Virus record (IMG/VR): IMGVR_UViG_3300025011_000039
Origin: an uncultured virus (IMG/VR IMGVR_UViG_3300025011_000039)
Taxonomy: Duplodnaviria > Heunggongvirae > Uroviricota > Caudoviricetes
Length of the DNA: 64,000 nt
Strand: one strand, 5' to 3'
Numbering within the stretch: position 1 is the stretch's first letter; every line of letters begins with the position of its first letter. Positions 39,901 through 48,802 of the stretch are shown one piece after another. The position numbers were made by a program, and so were the translations under genes. The notes below the pieces were generated by a model. The model saw only the letters and a program-made list of their open reading frames with translations, had not been told where the DNA came from and made no database searches.

Positions 39901-41929
39901 CGTCTAAACTTATTAGACCATTCTCATACTTAGTCAAGTCAAAAGTATTGTCAAATTTTCCTTTTAACTCATACACGGTTGGGTTATAGCCTTCTGGCTT
40001 CTCTCCAAATAATATTTCAGACTTACCTTCGAGTTGCTTAGCATAAGACAGGGCATTTTCTTTTTGACTTGTAATGTAAAGGAGATTGTTTTCTTCTGCT
40101 ATCTTACTTATTTCTTCGTCATTTTTTATCTGCTTCCTAAGTTTATCAATCTCCTTTTGATAATTACCAATCCAATAGTTAGAATTCTCTATTTCCATTT
40201 TAGCATTGTCGCGTTTACCGTAATCCTTAAGCGGATCAGTAGTATCAAGAATTTCCTGTGCCTTTTCCTTTATATTTTCTTGTCTTGCTATGTTTGCTTC
40301 ATGCTTCTTGATTAGATTATCAGGAGTCCAATTAAGAACATCTTCTATGCTTTTTTGACGGATAATATTATTTTTCTTACCTTTTGCTCCCTCTGGAACC
40401 ATTTCCCCACGATAAAATACCTGTCCGTCATTAACCATATTTCTATATGATGTTATTGCCTTTCGAGCATCCTCGAGGGAATTGAATCCAGAATCCTTGA
40501 CTAACTTATCTATCGACTGTTGCTGTTCTGCTGTTAATTTAACAGGTTCGCCTGTTAATTGCGGCAATATTTCCTGCGCGACAATTGGTTCCTGCTTGAC
40601 TGATACATCAGGTATATTTTCGTCAGCAAAAGTCTCGGCACCACTTCTGTTATTTAGTCGCGGAACATCGCTAATAACGGGTTGCTGTTTAATCTCAGGA
40701 GTCGTAGTCTCCGGCACTTCCGGCATTGCCTCACTCACAACCTCCGGAACTTCTGTCTTAACCTCCGGAACCTTAACGACTTTACGACCAATACTAACCG
40801 TCTTTCCATCAACATCAACTTGAATAATCATCTTGTCCGCTGTTTTAACTATTGCTTCTTTTCCATTTGGCAGAATAACTGTATCGCCTTGCTGTAGTCT
40901 AAAGTGCGGAAACTCGCTTTCAAGTTCCGGGAATTCGTTTAGTATCTGATTGGCCTTTTCGACATTCAGCGTATTTCTAAGCGTTCTCTGCGCCGCCGCT
41001 ACCTCTTTAGTGGTGACTGTCTCAGGAGTTATCATCTCCCCAAGACTTGACTTACTCCTGAAATTAGCCAGTTCCTCCGGCGTAAAATCTGACATATCCG
41101 GTTCTTTATACTCAGGCATCTTAAAATCAGTAGTTTTGGGCGGTGTATTGCGTTTGCTTAAGGCACTCCCTGCACCATGTAATAGCATAGCCAGGGCAGC
41201 ATTAGACAAGCCTGCCTCTGCCGCTTCTCCCGGTTTAAATTCACGGTCGTTCAGTGCCGCTACGGTTGCTTCATACGGGACTGTCGCCCCGCCAATCTTA
41301 GCACCTGTTTGCAATATTTTAGGCAAATTTTCAGCTTTGGGGATATACTGCAATCCTTTAGCTATAGCTTTTTCGCTAAGTCCAAATAGTTTTGCCCCTG
41401 CGCTCTCAGGATTAGCACCAAAACCAACAAGTCCACCAACTAAATCGGCAATCATGTCCCTGTTATCATTACCGGTAGAAGTCTTTTCTGGCCTGTCGGT
41501 TAATGTAACGATTTCCCCAGCAGTTTGACTTGAACGATTCATAAATGGATTATCCATGATAGCCTTGAAAGGACTAGCAATCGTCGCTAATCCCCGACTA
41601 ATAGTTGGGTTATTTTCCGCAAACTTTTCGCTTATTCCGTAATCTCCTGGCTTAAATATAGTACCTCCCGGCAACACCCCGCCAAATTTATTATCCAGAG
41701 ATTCATATAGACTTCTTTTAGGTGGCATAGGTACTTTCATTTCCGGTACAGGAGGCATTGTAGTGCTATAATCTACATCTGCCATGCCAGGATCGTTAGT
41801 TATTTGTTGGTTGCTCGAAAAACTAAGCAACCTTCTAATGGCATCTTCCCTGGAAGTATCTCTACTTTGACTGTATGAATTAAAGTTACTATACGGCCCT
41901 TTGTATAAATCGTAGGCCAATAAAATCAC
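36953..41929 (-). CDS. large internal virion / DNA-ejection polyvalent protein with ADP-ribosyltransferase-like domain
   Basis: 1658 aa; last gene of the podovirus structural operon; FYRG...LYITS...A..YA...VYE...FDL...GKYDSV ART-like motifs; likely TTG start at 41920. Confidence 0.7.
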   Translation of the reverse strand: MILLAYDLYKGPYSNFNSYSQSRDTSREDAIRRLLSFSSNQQITNDPGMADVDYSTTMPPVPEMKVPMPPKRSLYESLDNKFGGVLPGGTIFKPGDYGISEKFAENNPTISRGLATIASPFKAIMDNPFMNRSSQTAGEIVTLTDRPEKTSTGNDNRDMIADLVGGLVGFGANPESAGAKLFGLSEKAIAKGLQYIPKAENLPKILQTGAKIGGATVPYEATVAALNDREFKPGEAAEAGLSNAALAMLLHGAGSALSKRNTPPKTTDFKMPEYKEPDMSDFTPEELANFRSKSSLGEMITPETVTTKEVAAAQRTLRNTLNVEKANQILNEFPELESEFPHFRLQQGDTVILPNGKEAIVKTADKMIIQVDVDGKTVSIGRKVVKVPEVKTEVPEVVSEAMPEVPETTTPEIKQQPVISDVPRLNNRSGAETFADENIPDVSVKQEPIVAQEILPQLTGEPVKLTAEQQQSIDKLVKDSGFNSLEDARKAITSYRNMVNDGQVFYRGEMVPEGAKGKKNNIIRQKSIEDVLNWTPDNLIKKHEANIARQENIKEKAQEILDTTDPLKDYGKRDNAKMEIENSNYWIGNYQKEIDKLRKQIKNDEEISKIAEENNLLYITSQKENALSYAKQLEGKSEILFGEKPEGYNPTVYELKGKFDNTFDLTKYENGLISLDEVDNLLNDLGIKLDDKQFNEFINRLGIDEMEQNSGQVFGLFRGENLPIMLNALKKGKYDSVHYAEGLQDNWIVLDRNKVAIKDDLDKASKLDSVTQDKILRFKSGQDKPAPPEVLKDYPELSAEVGSKSTSETKVMAEDIGLKPEKAETYDEGTIGAARLTVPEKQSTLPGTDEKVRSFNVSVANSEIASPDVKIANIMEMYPGGLGAYSPIKLREVDVEAQNLISQNIEKATRFVLEGEEPSALKTATGIRLIEKYQNAGNYERAIDVSLAMAERLTKVGQEISAARIMGALKPDGILVFAQRQINKLNSGKKFGKDIELTPEMAKILKELANRLKNATDENARLEAGQELQGALNSLKPSGILRKIDSAQTISMLLNPKTLIRNTVGNEMFYRLERLNKIVATPIDWTVSKLTGADRQVTFRTAGQGGYWQGFFKGAKAGWKGVNPEGIQTQYDLGRSPAFNINPERAKNANTTTGKVVGGTFDFAEKTMAYLERTLGAALKGFDFAAYTRAKNNTIGELATLKAINTTGKADKTIVQGFMKDIEDNVLNIADQYGKYVTFQDNNVISRGLQGVKDALNINQDWGVGSVILKFPRTPGALIARGLEYSPAGFLKSAYELAKVTGIFKGNPSQRETTLALSRAITGTAGLTGLGYFLADQGIITGSIEKDKDLRDLQRQTGQGQYRINLSALSRWVQSGFNKDTAQPIAGDKIINYDWAQPIAMALSIGANISKNLNDGQGKLDNISSTIAGSLEGALNTVAEQPVLQGLTRAVQGYDMGENVTNTVKNIPSSFAPTLANQVRQYIDNTTRSTYDPSWVEESKNKVKGKIPGIAGNLPVAYDTFGKPKEIYQDGGNDAFNVFFNPAFTSKYKVPEEAKLAIETFRNTGETKQLPRVASKSFTISGQKIELTAKEYSDMQRIVGERTLKEFSRIPQNASDDKKIRRMIDALGKAGLEGRKFVLQQRGIGFRNKGNGIVLRQQ

Positions 41930-41951
41930 CTGCCTTGATATTAGTCACTTT

Positions 41952-42887
41952 TTAGCTATCTTCGTCTTTAGTCATTTCAAGCAACGCCTGGTAATCGCTC
42001 GGTGTCAGTCCAGCAGCTAAAAACGACTGTATAAACTCAGGATCGCTAATCACGGTAGGGTTTGACGATATGGCCTGATAAGCAGCGGCATATGCAGCAG
42101 ACTTGTCATTGCCACCGCTCTTACTAAGCTGCGCTTGCTGATATGGCGTCGGTCCCATATTATACTGCAACAACGAATTAGCAGAGGGGTATTGATAAGG
42201 TAACATAGACCTTTCCTTATCCCAGCTAAATCTCTGCATTGCTAAGTTATTGGAAAACTCGTCCTGCTGTCTCTTGTAAGCATCCTGCTGCTGCTTGTAT
42301 GACATATCGGCCTGCTCTGAACCGTATTTCTGTAGGGTATCAGCTAAAGAACTCTTCCAGTCACGAAACCCCTTAGTATCAGCTTGCATTAACCTTGTCG
42401 CCTCGGCAGCAACTTTTAATCCGCGATCTTCTTTCTTGGCATCAATCTTTGCAACACCACTGCGGTAGTTAGTGTTTATATCTGCAATATTTTCTGAGTG
42501 CCTACGCTTCAAACTGTCTAACGAAGGCTGATAGCTGTCCGTTATCTCCTGTGAGCGATACCCGCCTATGCCCGATCCTTCCCCTGCCCCGCCTAGTCCT
42601 GCGGCAATAGATCGTTTCACGGCTGAGTTAATACTGCCTGTCCGGTTAGCCGTAAGCGTTCCTTTTGAATCCCGGTAAGATGCCCTCTCTCTGTCACCTG
42701 CCGTGTTTCTTGCCTGGTTTAATCCTCTATACACATCTCCGTAATTAGGATTTGCCACCTGCTGATCAGCTATGTATTGCCAATCGTAGTAATTCTTGGG
42801 CTTATAATTAGGATTATTTAAGGCACCCTTAAGGAAACCAAGATTACCTTGATCCCCTGTCGGCTTAGTATATGCCAATAATATCAC
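41952..42887 (-). CDS. putative DNA-ejection (internal virion) protein
   Basis: Helical, Gln/Ala/Gly-rich; precedes the large ejection protein. Confidence 0.55.
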   Translation of the reverse strand: MILLAYTKPTGDQGNLGFLKGALNNPNYKPKNYYDWQYIADQQVANPNYGDVYRGLNQARNTAGDRERASYRDSKGTLTANRTGSINSAVKRSIAAGLGGAGEGSGIGGYRSQEITDSYQPSLDSLKRRHSENIADINTNYRSGVAKIDAKKEDRGLKVAAEATRLMQADTKGFRDWKSSLADTLQKYGSEQADMSYKQQQDAYKRQQDEFSNNLAMQRFSWDKERSMLPYQYPSANSLLQYNMGPTPYQQAQLSKSGGNDKSAAYAAAYQAISSNPTVISDPEFIQSFLAAGLTPSDYQALLEMTKDEDS

Positions 42888-44227
42888 CTCTTTCTATTGA
42901 GATATGATTCTAGGTTTCTGAAATTTTCACAGCAGACATTAATAATACTGCGCATATTTGGGGAACATCTTTTAAGACTTATCGGGCCGTAAGGTGTCGG
43001 TTCTACGGCAGTATTTACGCCCAAATGCGGATATTCCCCGGAGTTAATACCCCATACCTCGTTAAAATCCCAGTCAGTAAAAGTTGACCGAGTTTTCATT
43101 TGCGCCGTAGTTTTTGCTGTTGCGTAGGAGTCCGACACCCCAGCGGTTTGGGAGTCGTAATAACAGTCACTTATTGTAGCGACTGTTGCTTTACTTCCGG
43201 CAAGTGCCTTACCGCCCCCATATGCAACATATACTAATCCAGTAGAATAACATTTAGTCGCTGAACTAGAAACATAACCGAATGCACCACCACATCTAAC
43301 GCCGTGTCCAAGAGTAAGCGTAGAACGTACAGGGCCAAGCGAATAGCAGTTTTCCGCAGAATGACAACTACCCGCGATACCACCCACATAGTCGTATGAT
43401 CTGGAAGTCATTTCCCAATGTGCGGGGATAATGGTTACGCCGAGAACGGGATCGTATACATAATCAGTGGGGTAATACACCCATACTTGAGCAGAACTAT
43501 TGGCAATTGTGGTTATATTTGAACCGCATCTAACTATCTTGCCACTAGAAGAAGATATGCCAGCAATACCCCCGACATAATAAGAACCCTCAACAGCACC
43601 CCCTTCAACAGTACAATCCTCAATTGTCCCAGCATTATAACCAGCTATTGGACCTGTGTATATGCCTTTGTATTGATCTTCGTAAGTTGTTGTAGGGCCG
43701 ATGCCAGCGTATACGGACGGGTCTATTAATTTAACTTTTTTAACTACCCCACCGACACCAACGTAGCCGAAAAGTCCCACATATAACGTAGGATCGTTCA
43801 TGTTTAGGTTGCTTATGGGAAAATTATTGCCGTTATACACGCCAACAAACCTATTAGCCGTACTGCCTATCTTGGCGAAATTAGCATAAACCGATAGGTC
43901 TATATCTGCCATTTGGATATATTTGCCTGATAGGTTATTTCGGACGTTATATAAGTCCTGGGCAGTATAAACCCCGACGTATCCGGCAGGGACGGTTGTT
44001 TCGTGCGACGATACGCTATTTCCTAAAATCACAGCCTTAAGGAAAAATGCTTCGAGTAACCGAAAATTATCGTTATTAATATTTGCTATTCTCTGCTCAT
44101 TATCTGAGTAACTTATTCTTTTTAGACTGATATTAAATGCAGATTCAAGTATCCTGTAATAGCAATTACAGGCATCGATGATGTTTTTTACGTTAAGGGT
44201 AGTAGGTTTCTTAAAAAATACAGCCAC
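42884..44227 (-). CDS. GLUG-motif tail/receptor-binding protein
   Basis: YIQMADIDL, FVGVYNGN, GLFGY, VGGIAG repeats and TTAQMK...WDF. Confidence 0.75.
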   Translation of the reverse strand: MAVFFKKPTTLNVKNIIDACNCYYRILESAFNISLKRISYSDNEQRIANINNDNFRLLEAFFLKAVILGNSVSSHETTVPAGYVGVYTAQDLYNVRNNLSGKYIQMADIDLSVYANFAKIGSTANRFVGVYNGNNFPISNLNMNDPTLYVGLFGYVGVGGVVKKVKLIDPSVYAGIGPTTTYEDQYKGIYTGPIAGYNAGTIEDCTVEGGAVEGSYYVGGIAGISSSSGKIVRCGSNITTIANSSAQVWVYYPTDYVYDPVLGVTIIPAHWEMTSRSYDYVGGIAGSCHSAENCYSLGPVRSTLTLGHGVRCGGAFGYVSSSATKCYSTGLVYVAYGGGKALAGSKATVATISDCYYDSQTAGVSDSYATAKTTAQMKTRSTFTDWDFNEVWGINSGEYPHLGVNTAVEPTPYGPISLKRCSPNMRSIINVCCENFRNLESYLNRKR

Positions 44228-44239
44228 TATATCACCACA

Positions 44240-44548
44240 CTATAGAACGCTTAGTAATTTAAGTCTTATCTCATCTACAGTAGTAAAACTGGTAATACCA
44301 AAATCAACCTTAACTTCCGCGGCATAGGAACCCGGAGTATCTGTATCCGAAGAAGTTAGTACACAGTAACAAATACCTTCTTCGGCATCCTTTATGGTAC
44401 AAGATTTAGTTATTTTTTTATAGATGTCGCCGCCTGAAATAGTACAAGTTATCGTAGAATTGGTTAAGTTTAAGGATAAATCCTGATTATCTTTTACGTT
44501 AAAAGTCAACTTTGTACCTTTGTCGTTCTGCTTTATTCTCTGCGTCAT
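44240..44548 (-). CDS. BppU N-terminal-like domain protein
   Basis: IKQNDKG..L.F......NLT......DAEEG......DT..PG.Y.AEV. Confidence 0.7.
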   Translation of the reverse strand: MTQRIKQNDKGTKLTFNVKDNQDLSLNLTNSTITCTISGGDIYKKITKSCTIKDAEEGICYCVLTSSDTDTPGSYAAEVKVDFGITSFTTVDEIRLKLLSVL

Positions 44549-44552
44549 AACA

Positions 44553-45785
44553 TCAACCCACTTCCATGTTAAAAGAAATTTCATCTGCAACATTAGCGTC
44601 AAGAGAAATACTCTTAGAAACGCTTAAGATTGAAACAAACTCTTTAACTACCGTGCAATCAAGCGTTATCTCTATTAATGAAATGTCATAAGTATCGTCG
44701 TAAACATTCCTTAGAGTATCGGCAAGAATAGTCTCGTTAACTAAGATAGTGCGTTTTGTACTAACTGAGACTAATTCACTCCTAATGATCTGCCGTAGCG
44801 TATCTATGTTTGCGGTTTGTTCAATACCCTCGATTATCCTCCTAAGAGTATCGGAAAATACTGACTCGGTAACAACGGTTTGGCGTAACATGTCAATTAA
44901 TACTGACTCGGTAACAACGGTTTGGCGTAACATGTCTGCATTTATGGTTTGCATAACTCCTGTAGCGAAAACAAGTAATGCCGGGTAAGACACACCCTCA
45001 TTTATAGACCATATGCTATTAAAATCCCAATTCGCAAAAGTCGCCTGCTGTTTCATTTGCGCTGTAGTTTTGCCGGTTCCTCCACCAGAAGTAGTTTGAC
45101 CGGAGGTTTCCGTATCCCAAAAGCAATTAATTACTGAACCGCTATACGTATATCCAATCAATCCTCCGCAATAATTAGCCGCTAATCCAGTAACGACTCC
45201 TATGGAGTAGCAATTTGATATCGTTCCTGTTGAGTGTCCTCCTATTAATCCCGCACCTTTATTGGGACAATTTACAGCTACGCCAGCAAAACAATCTGTT
45301 ATTGTGCCGCTATTGCTACCAGCTATCCCTCCGGCGTTATAACCGCTATTTAACGCTTTAACATAGCCTCCTACAGCAAAGCACTTCTGTATAGCTCCGT
45401 AATTATTACCAACTATTGCCCCATGATTAAATAATGTTGATCCAATTGCCTCTATTCTTCCGTCAACCATACCTAAATTTTTCACTACTCCACTAGACGA
45501 AACATAACCAAATAAGCCATTATTATCGACACTTCTCTTGACATATAACCCAGTTACTCTATAGCCCTTGCCGTCAAACGAACCGCTAAACTTAGTCGTA
45601 AAATTTCCTATAGGAATGAATCCTGCGCCGCTATTCCAGTTAACCGTATCACTTGCATCAATATTGTTAATAAGTTCATAATAGGTGGTTAGATCATTCC
45701 TTACCGCATCTAGGTCGAGTAAATCCTCAATTAAGTATGGCGTTAACTCAGTTCCGTTACCACCACCAAATAATCCATTAGCCAT
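44553..45785 (-). CDS. GLUG-motif tail/receptor-binding protein
   Basis: FGGGNGT..PYLI, GFIPIG..FSGSFDGKG, GLFG and GGLIG repeats; C-terminal D(T/M)LR repeats. Confidence 0.75.
   Translation of the reverse strand: MANGLFGGGNGTELTPYLIEDLLDLDAVRNDLTTYYELINNIDASDTVNWNSGAGFIPIGNFTTKFSGSFDGKGYRVTGLYVKRSVDNNGLFGYVSSSGVVKNLGMVDGRIEAIGSTLFNHGAIVGNNYGAIQKCFAVGGYVKALNSGYNAGGIAGSNSGTITDCFAGVAVNCPNKGAGLIGGHSTGTISNCYSIGVVTGLAANYCGGLIGYTYSGSVINCFWDTETSGQTTSGGGTGKTTAQMKQQATFANWDFNSIWSINEGVSYPALLVFATGVMQTINADMLRQTVVTESVLIDMLRQTVVTESVFSDTLRRIIEGIEQTANIDTLRQIIRSELVSVSTKRTILVNETILADTLRNVYDDTYDISLIEITLDCTVVKEFVSILSVSKSISLDANVADEISFNMEVG
44857..44936. repeat. 42-nt-period tandem duplication in the tail gene
   Basis: AATACTGACTCGGTAACAACGGTTTGGCGTAACATGTC at 44857 and 44899 (DMLRQTVVTESV x2). 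Confidence 0.85.
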
Positions 45786-45800
45786 CCCACATCACCGCCT

Positions 45801-46214
45801 CTACGCAGCTGCGACAGTCGCAGATACTTGCAAGCTAACAGATACGTCATTCGACGGACTCTCGTCACTTGTAGCCTTAGCCTTCACCCAAAATATCGTA
45901 TTTGTAGCATCTATTGCGCTGGAAATGGTAAGTGCCGCTCCATATGCTCCATAAGTACCTGCTGCTCCTGCGTTATCCGGTGCTAACGCCCATTTTGCGG
46001 CAGTCGTGCCGGTAGGAGTAATTGTCGTATCCCCGGAAGTAGTATAACCAGTATCACAACGAATAGCCAGTTTTTGGTCTGTAGATACTTCGTTATTTGT
46101 GGCGTTCAGTTGGCCTATTTCGATAGGCGAAGTCTGCGCCCCTGCCTCAGACACCAATGTTCCATTAGTGCCGCCAGCAGTAACAGTTCCTTTGTAAATA
46201 TGAATATCTGCCAA
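45801..46214 (-). CDS. virion structural protein
   Basis: Thr/Ala/Gly-rich beta protein within the tail operon. Confidence 0.6.
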   Translation of the reverse strand: MADIHIYKGTVTAGGTNGTLVSEAGAQTSPIEIGQLNATNNEVSTDQKLAIRCDTGYTTSGDTTITPTGTTAAKWALAPDNAGAAGTYGAYGAALTISSAIDATNTIFWVKAKATSDESPSNDVSVSLQVSATVAAA

Positions 46215-46230
46215 CTCAAACCAACTCCTT

Positions 46231-47664
46231 TTACTTTAATTGCCCGGCAGTTACCATAATAGTTCCTCCGGTTAACTCGTTAATGATATCCGTACTTGAT
46301 ATTTTAATAGAAACATCAAAACCTTTCCGACTATTTACTTTTACAGTCTGGGTTGATTCTGATCCTTCGCTAAAACTACAAGTCTCATAGTCTGATTCCT
46401 CGTAATCATCCACGACAGAAGACACATCAAGATCGAAGTAGTTTACTGGTTTTGCGTTGATATGAAAATTTTTAACCTTGATTTTTCTTGACTGCATATT
46501 TATCGGGCCTATCGTAGATTCAGTTGTTATAGCTGTTCCGGCATCGTTTACACTGTCTTTAAGTTGTAAAATAGTCCCGGTAGATGTGCCAAAATGAATT
46601 ATTCCATTCCGCATACAGGCAGCAGAAATATTCACAGGAAATTCGTAAATATACCACTCTTTTTCGTGGGTATCGAAAACATACGCCTTGGTTGTTGCGC
46701 CCCTAAAAATAATCCAGAATTGATTGCCGAAACTATAACAACGTACAGTACTGTTGAATGTTTGCGCTGATAGAAACTTATCTACGGGCAAGCTAATATG
46801 CTCTGCTGTACTTCCGGTATAGATATAAACTTTTTTATCTTTACCTAGCCAGCATATTACATCTCCAACTAACTGACCATGATTTAGGTTATAGCACCCT
46901 ACATTTCCCTCGCGGATTATTTCAAAATCATCCTCATTATTACCGTATAAATGCCAATAACCCATGTCGGTCAAGATAAATACGCTAGATCCGACAGGAA
47001 TAACGGATAATACATCTCCGCCATCACTGGCAGATAACTTAAACTTCTCGGGCCATGCAAGTATGTCAACGTCCTCGATTTCCTCAGTGTATTCTTCTGC
47101 CTCTTCATCCCAAACATATCTATAGCCGTTGAATGGGATTTCGTAGTGCGTATAATTCGGTCCGAACAAAAACGCCCTATCTTTAAATACGGCAACGCCT
47201 TCACCGGAAGTACCACCACCTATATCGCCAGCAGTAAAATCAACTGTCAGCGTAGGTGTTTCGATGCCGAAAAGGTTCATCTGATTGCCGCCTGCTAAAA
47301 TGATTTCGTTGCGCCATATAGTAGATGAAAACCCATAATTGTTAGCATATCCAGCGTCTAGTAAGTCCCAACCGTTGTCGTAGTAATATATTCCATCAAC
47401 GGTTTCGGCTAGAAATCTTTCATCGGAACTTCCCGTCTTTGCAAAATGAAGTGATCTAATTTCTTTCGTAAGTGCATTTATACCGGGAGCAGCAATCAGT
47501 CCAGGACGTGTTTTAAAAACACCTCCAACGGTATAAAAATTCTTCCCAGCGGAAGATTGTCCTATCTGCCTGGAAGGTAGTGTATTTATTCCACCAAAAC
47601 TTTTTATTTCGATAGATATTTTATTGCTACTGCCGCCCCTTTTAGGTATCTTCGCCATCACCAT
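46231..47664 (-). CDS. tail nozzle / DNA stabilization protein (P22 gp10-like)
   Basis: FGGIN...N....G..KTRPG N-terminus, beta-propeller-like, 477 aa, follows the adaptor. Confidence 0.7.
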   Translation of the reverse strand: MVMAKIPKRGGSSNKISIEIKSFGGINTLPSRQIGQSSAGKNFYTVGGVFKTRPGLIAAPGINALTKEIRSLHFAKTGSSDERFLAETVDGIYYYDNGWDLLDAGYANNYGFSSTIWRNEIILAGGNQMNLFGIETPTLTVDFTAGDIGGGTSGEGVAVFKDRAFLFGPNYTHYEIPFNGYRYVWDEEAEEYTEEIEDVDILAWPEKFKLSASDGGDVLSVIPVGSSVFILTDMGYWHLYGNNEDDFEIIREGNVGCYNLNHGQLVGDVICWLGKDKKVYIYTGSTAEHISLPVDKFLSAQTFNSTVRCYSFGNQFWIIFRGATTKAYVFDTHEKEWYIYEFPVNISAACMRNGIIHFGTSTGTILQLKDSVNDAGTAITTESTIGPINMQSRKIKVKNFHINAKPVNYFDLDVSSVVDDYEESDYETCSFSEGSESTQTVKVNSRKGFDVSIKISSTDIINELTGGTIMVTAGQLK

Positions 47665-48497
47665 GCCATTTTCACCTGAAATGAATTACTATCTATCTCC
47701 ATTTCATTAATCAGTTTATTGATGGAGTTCTGGAACTCTAGCATCCATCTCGAAGAATCGGCATCCTCGGAATCATCATTACTTCTGAATCTTGAAGCGA
47801 TAAATTTAGCCATTGCGTACTCGCAGGCATCTGGCAGGGGTACATTCACAGATATACTGGAAACTGTTGGATATGCTATATATGTTAATGCGTAATCATC
47901 AGCATCGGTAAAGGAAATTTTTCTATTGCGGATAGAATAATAATCATATTGATTGCCAGTAGTATCCTCGGTAGGGGCATTTTCAGAGTCACCGGCAAGT
48001 CCCGTATCATCCAAGGTAGTATCTGTAGTTGTCCCAATTAAGCCCGTTGTAGTGCCTCCATAAGTACGGTATATGTTATAACTTGTGGCATCGTCAACCT
48101 CGACCCAAGACAGGGCGTTGTAGTTTGTTTCGGATAATGTAGCGTTGCCGGAGGTTGATGTAACCTCAGAACAAGGGATAGTCTCTCCCGATTCGGTAAC
48201 TGCCGTAACTTGGTATTTATATGTAGTCGCTCCGGTAGTTCCGGTTGGTGTTACTGCTAGTCCTGCCGGAGATCCAATAGTAGTTGATAGACTGACTAAA
48301 CTAAAAAAGTCGCTAGGAAGGTTATACGACCTCTTTGCGACTACTGATTTGTACTCTTTTGAGTTCTCTTGCCATAGTTGAGAAGGGATATTGTCTTGCA
48401 GACATTCCTTACCCCATATTAGCAGGTTAGTATCATCTATCGTTTCGTTTAGCAATGAATCTGCAATTGTTTTGCAGCTTGTTAGTGTGAAGGACAT
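47658..48497 (-). CDS. head-tail adaptor with inserted FnIII-like domain
   Basis: Adaptor-like termini (YNLPSDF; LPD.....MAKFIA) flanking a TYKYQVTAV...GET...LSW..V..ATSYNIYR insert. Confidence 0.65.
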   Translation of the reverse strand: MSFTLTSCKTIADSLLNETIDDTNLLIWGKECLQDNIPSQLWQENSKEYKSVVAKRSYNLPSDFFSLVSLSTTIGSPAGLAVTPTGTTGATTYKYQVTAVTESGETIPCSEVTSTSGNATLSETNYNALSWVEVDDATSYNIYRTYGGTTTGLIGTTTDTTLDDTGLAGDSENAPTEDTTGNQYDYYSIRNRKISFTDADDYALTYIAYPTVSSISVNVPLPDACEYAMAKFIASRFRSNDDSEDADSSRWMLEFQNSINKLINEMEIDSNSFQVKMAW

Positions 48498-48802
48498 TTT
48501 ATCACCTTCTTTATGTAAAATGGGAGGCGGTTAGACCTCCCTGCGGTTATCGTAACTAACTATAGGGTTAATGGGAACCAACCAACTCTCGCACCTTGTT
48601 AGTTCGTTATTGACTGAACCAATACATTGGATTTTGCCGTCCATAAAAAATTGCCATCATCACCTACAATTAACACCTCGTCAATCCCTGCATTATAATC
48701 ACGGTAAAAATCTAAGATTTGGTAATCCTGAGAAAGAGTTATATTAGGTTCTTGGTTTTGAAATTTAACGGTAATTATTGGCATTATTATCTCTCCTTAA
48801 TA

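Noticed and set aside
43090..45075. Diversity-generating retroelement TR/VR pair in the two GLUG genes
   Set aside because: Similarity is limited to a short shared KTTAQMK...WDF motif, and no reverse transcriptase is present
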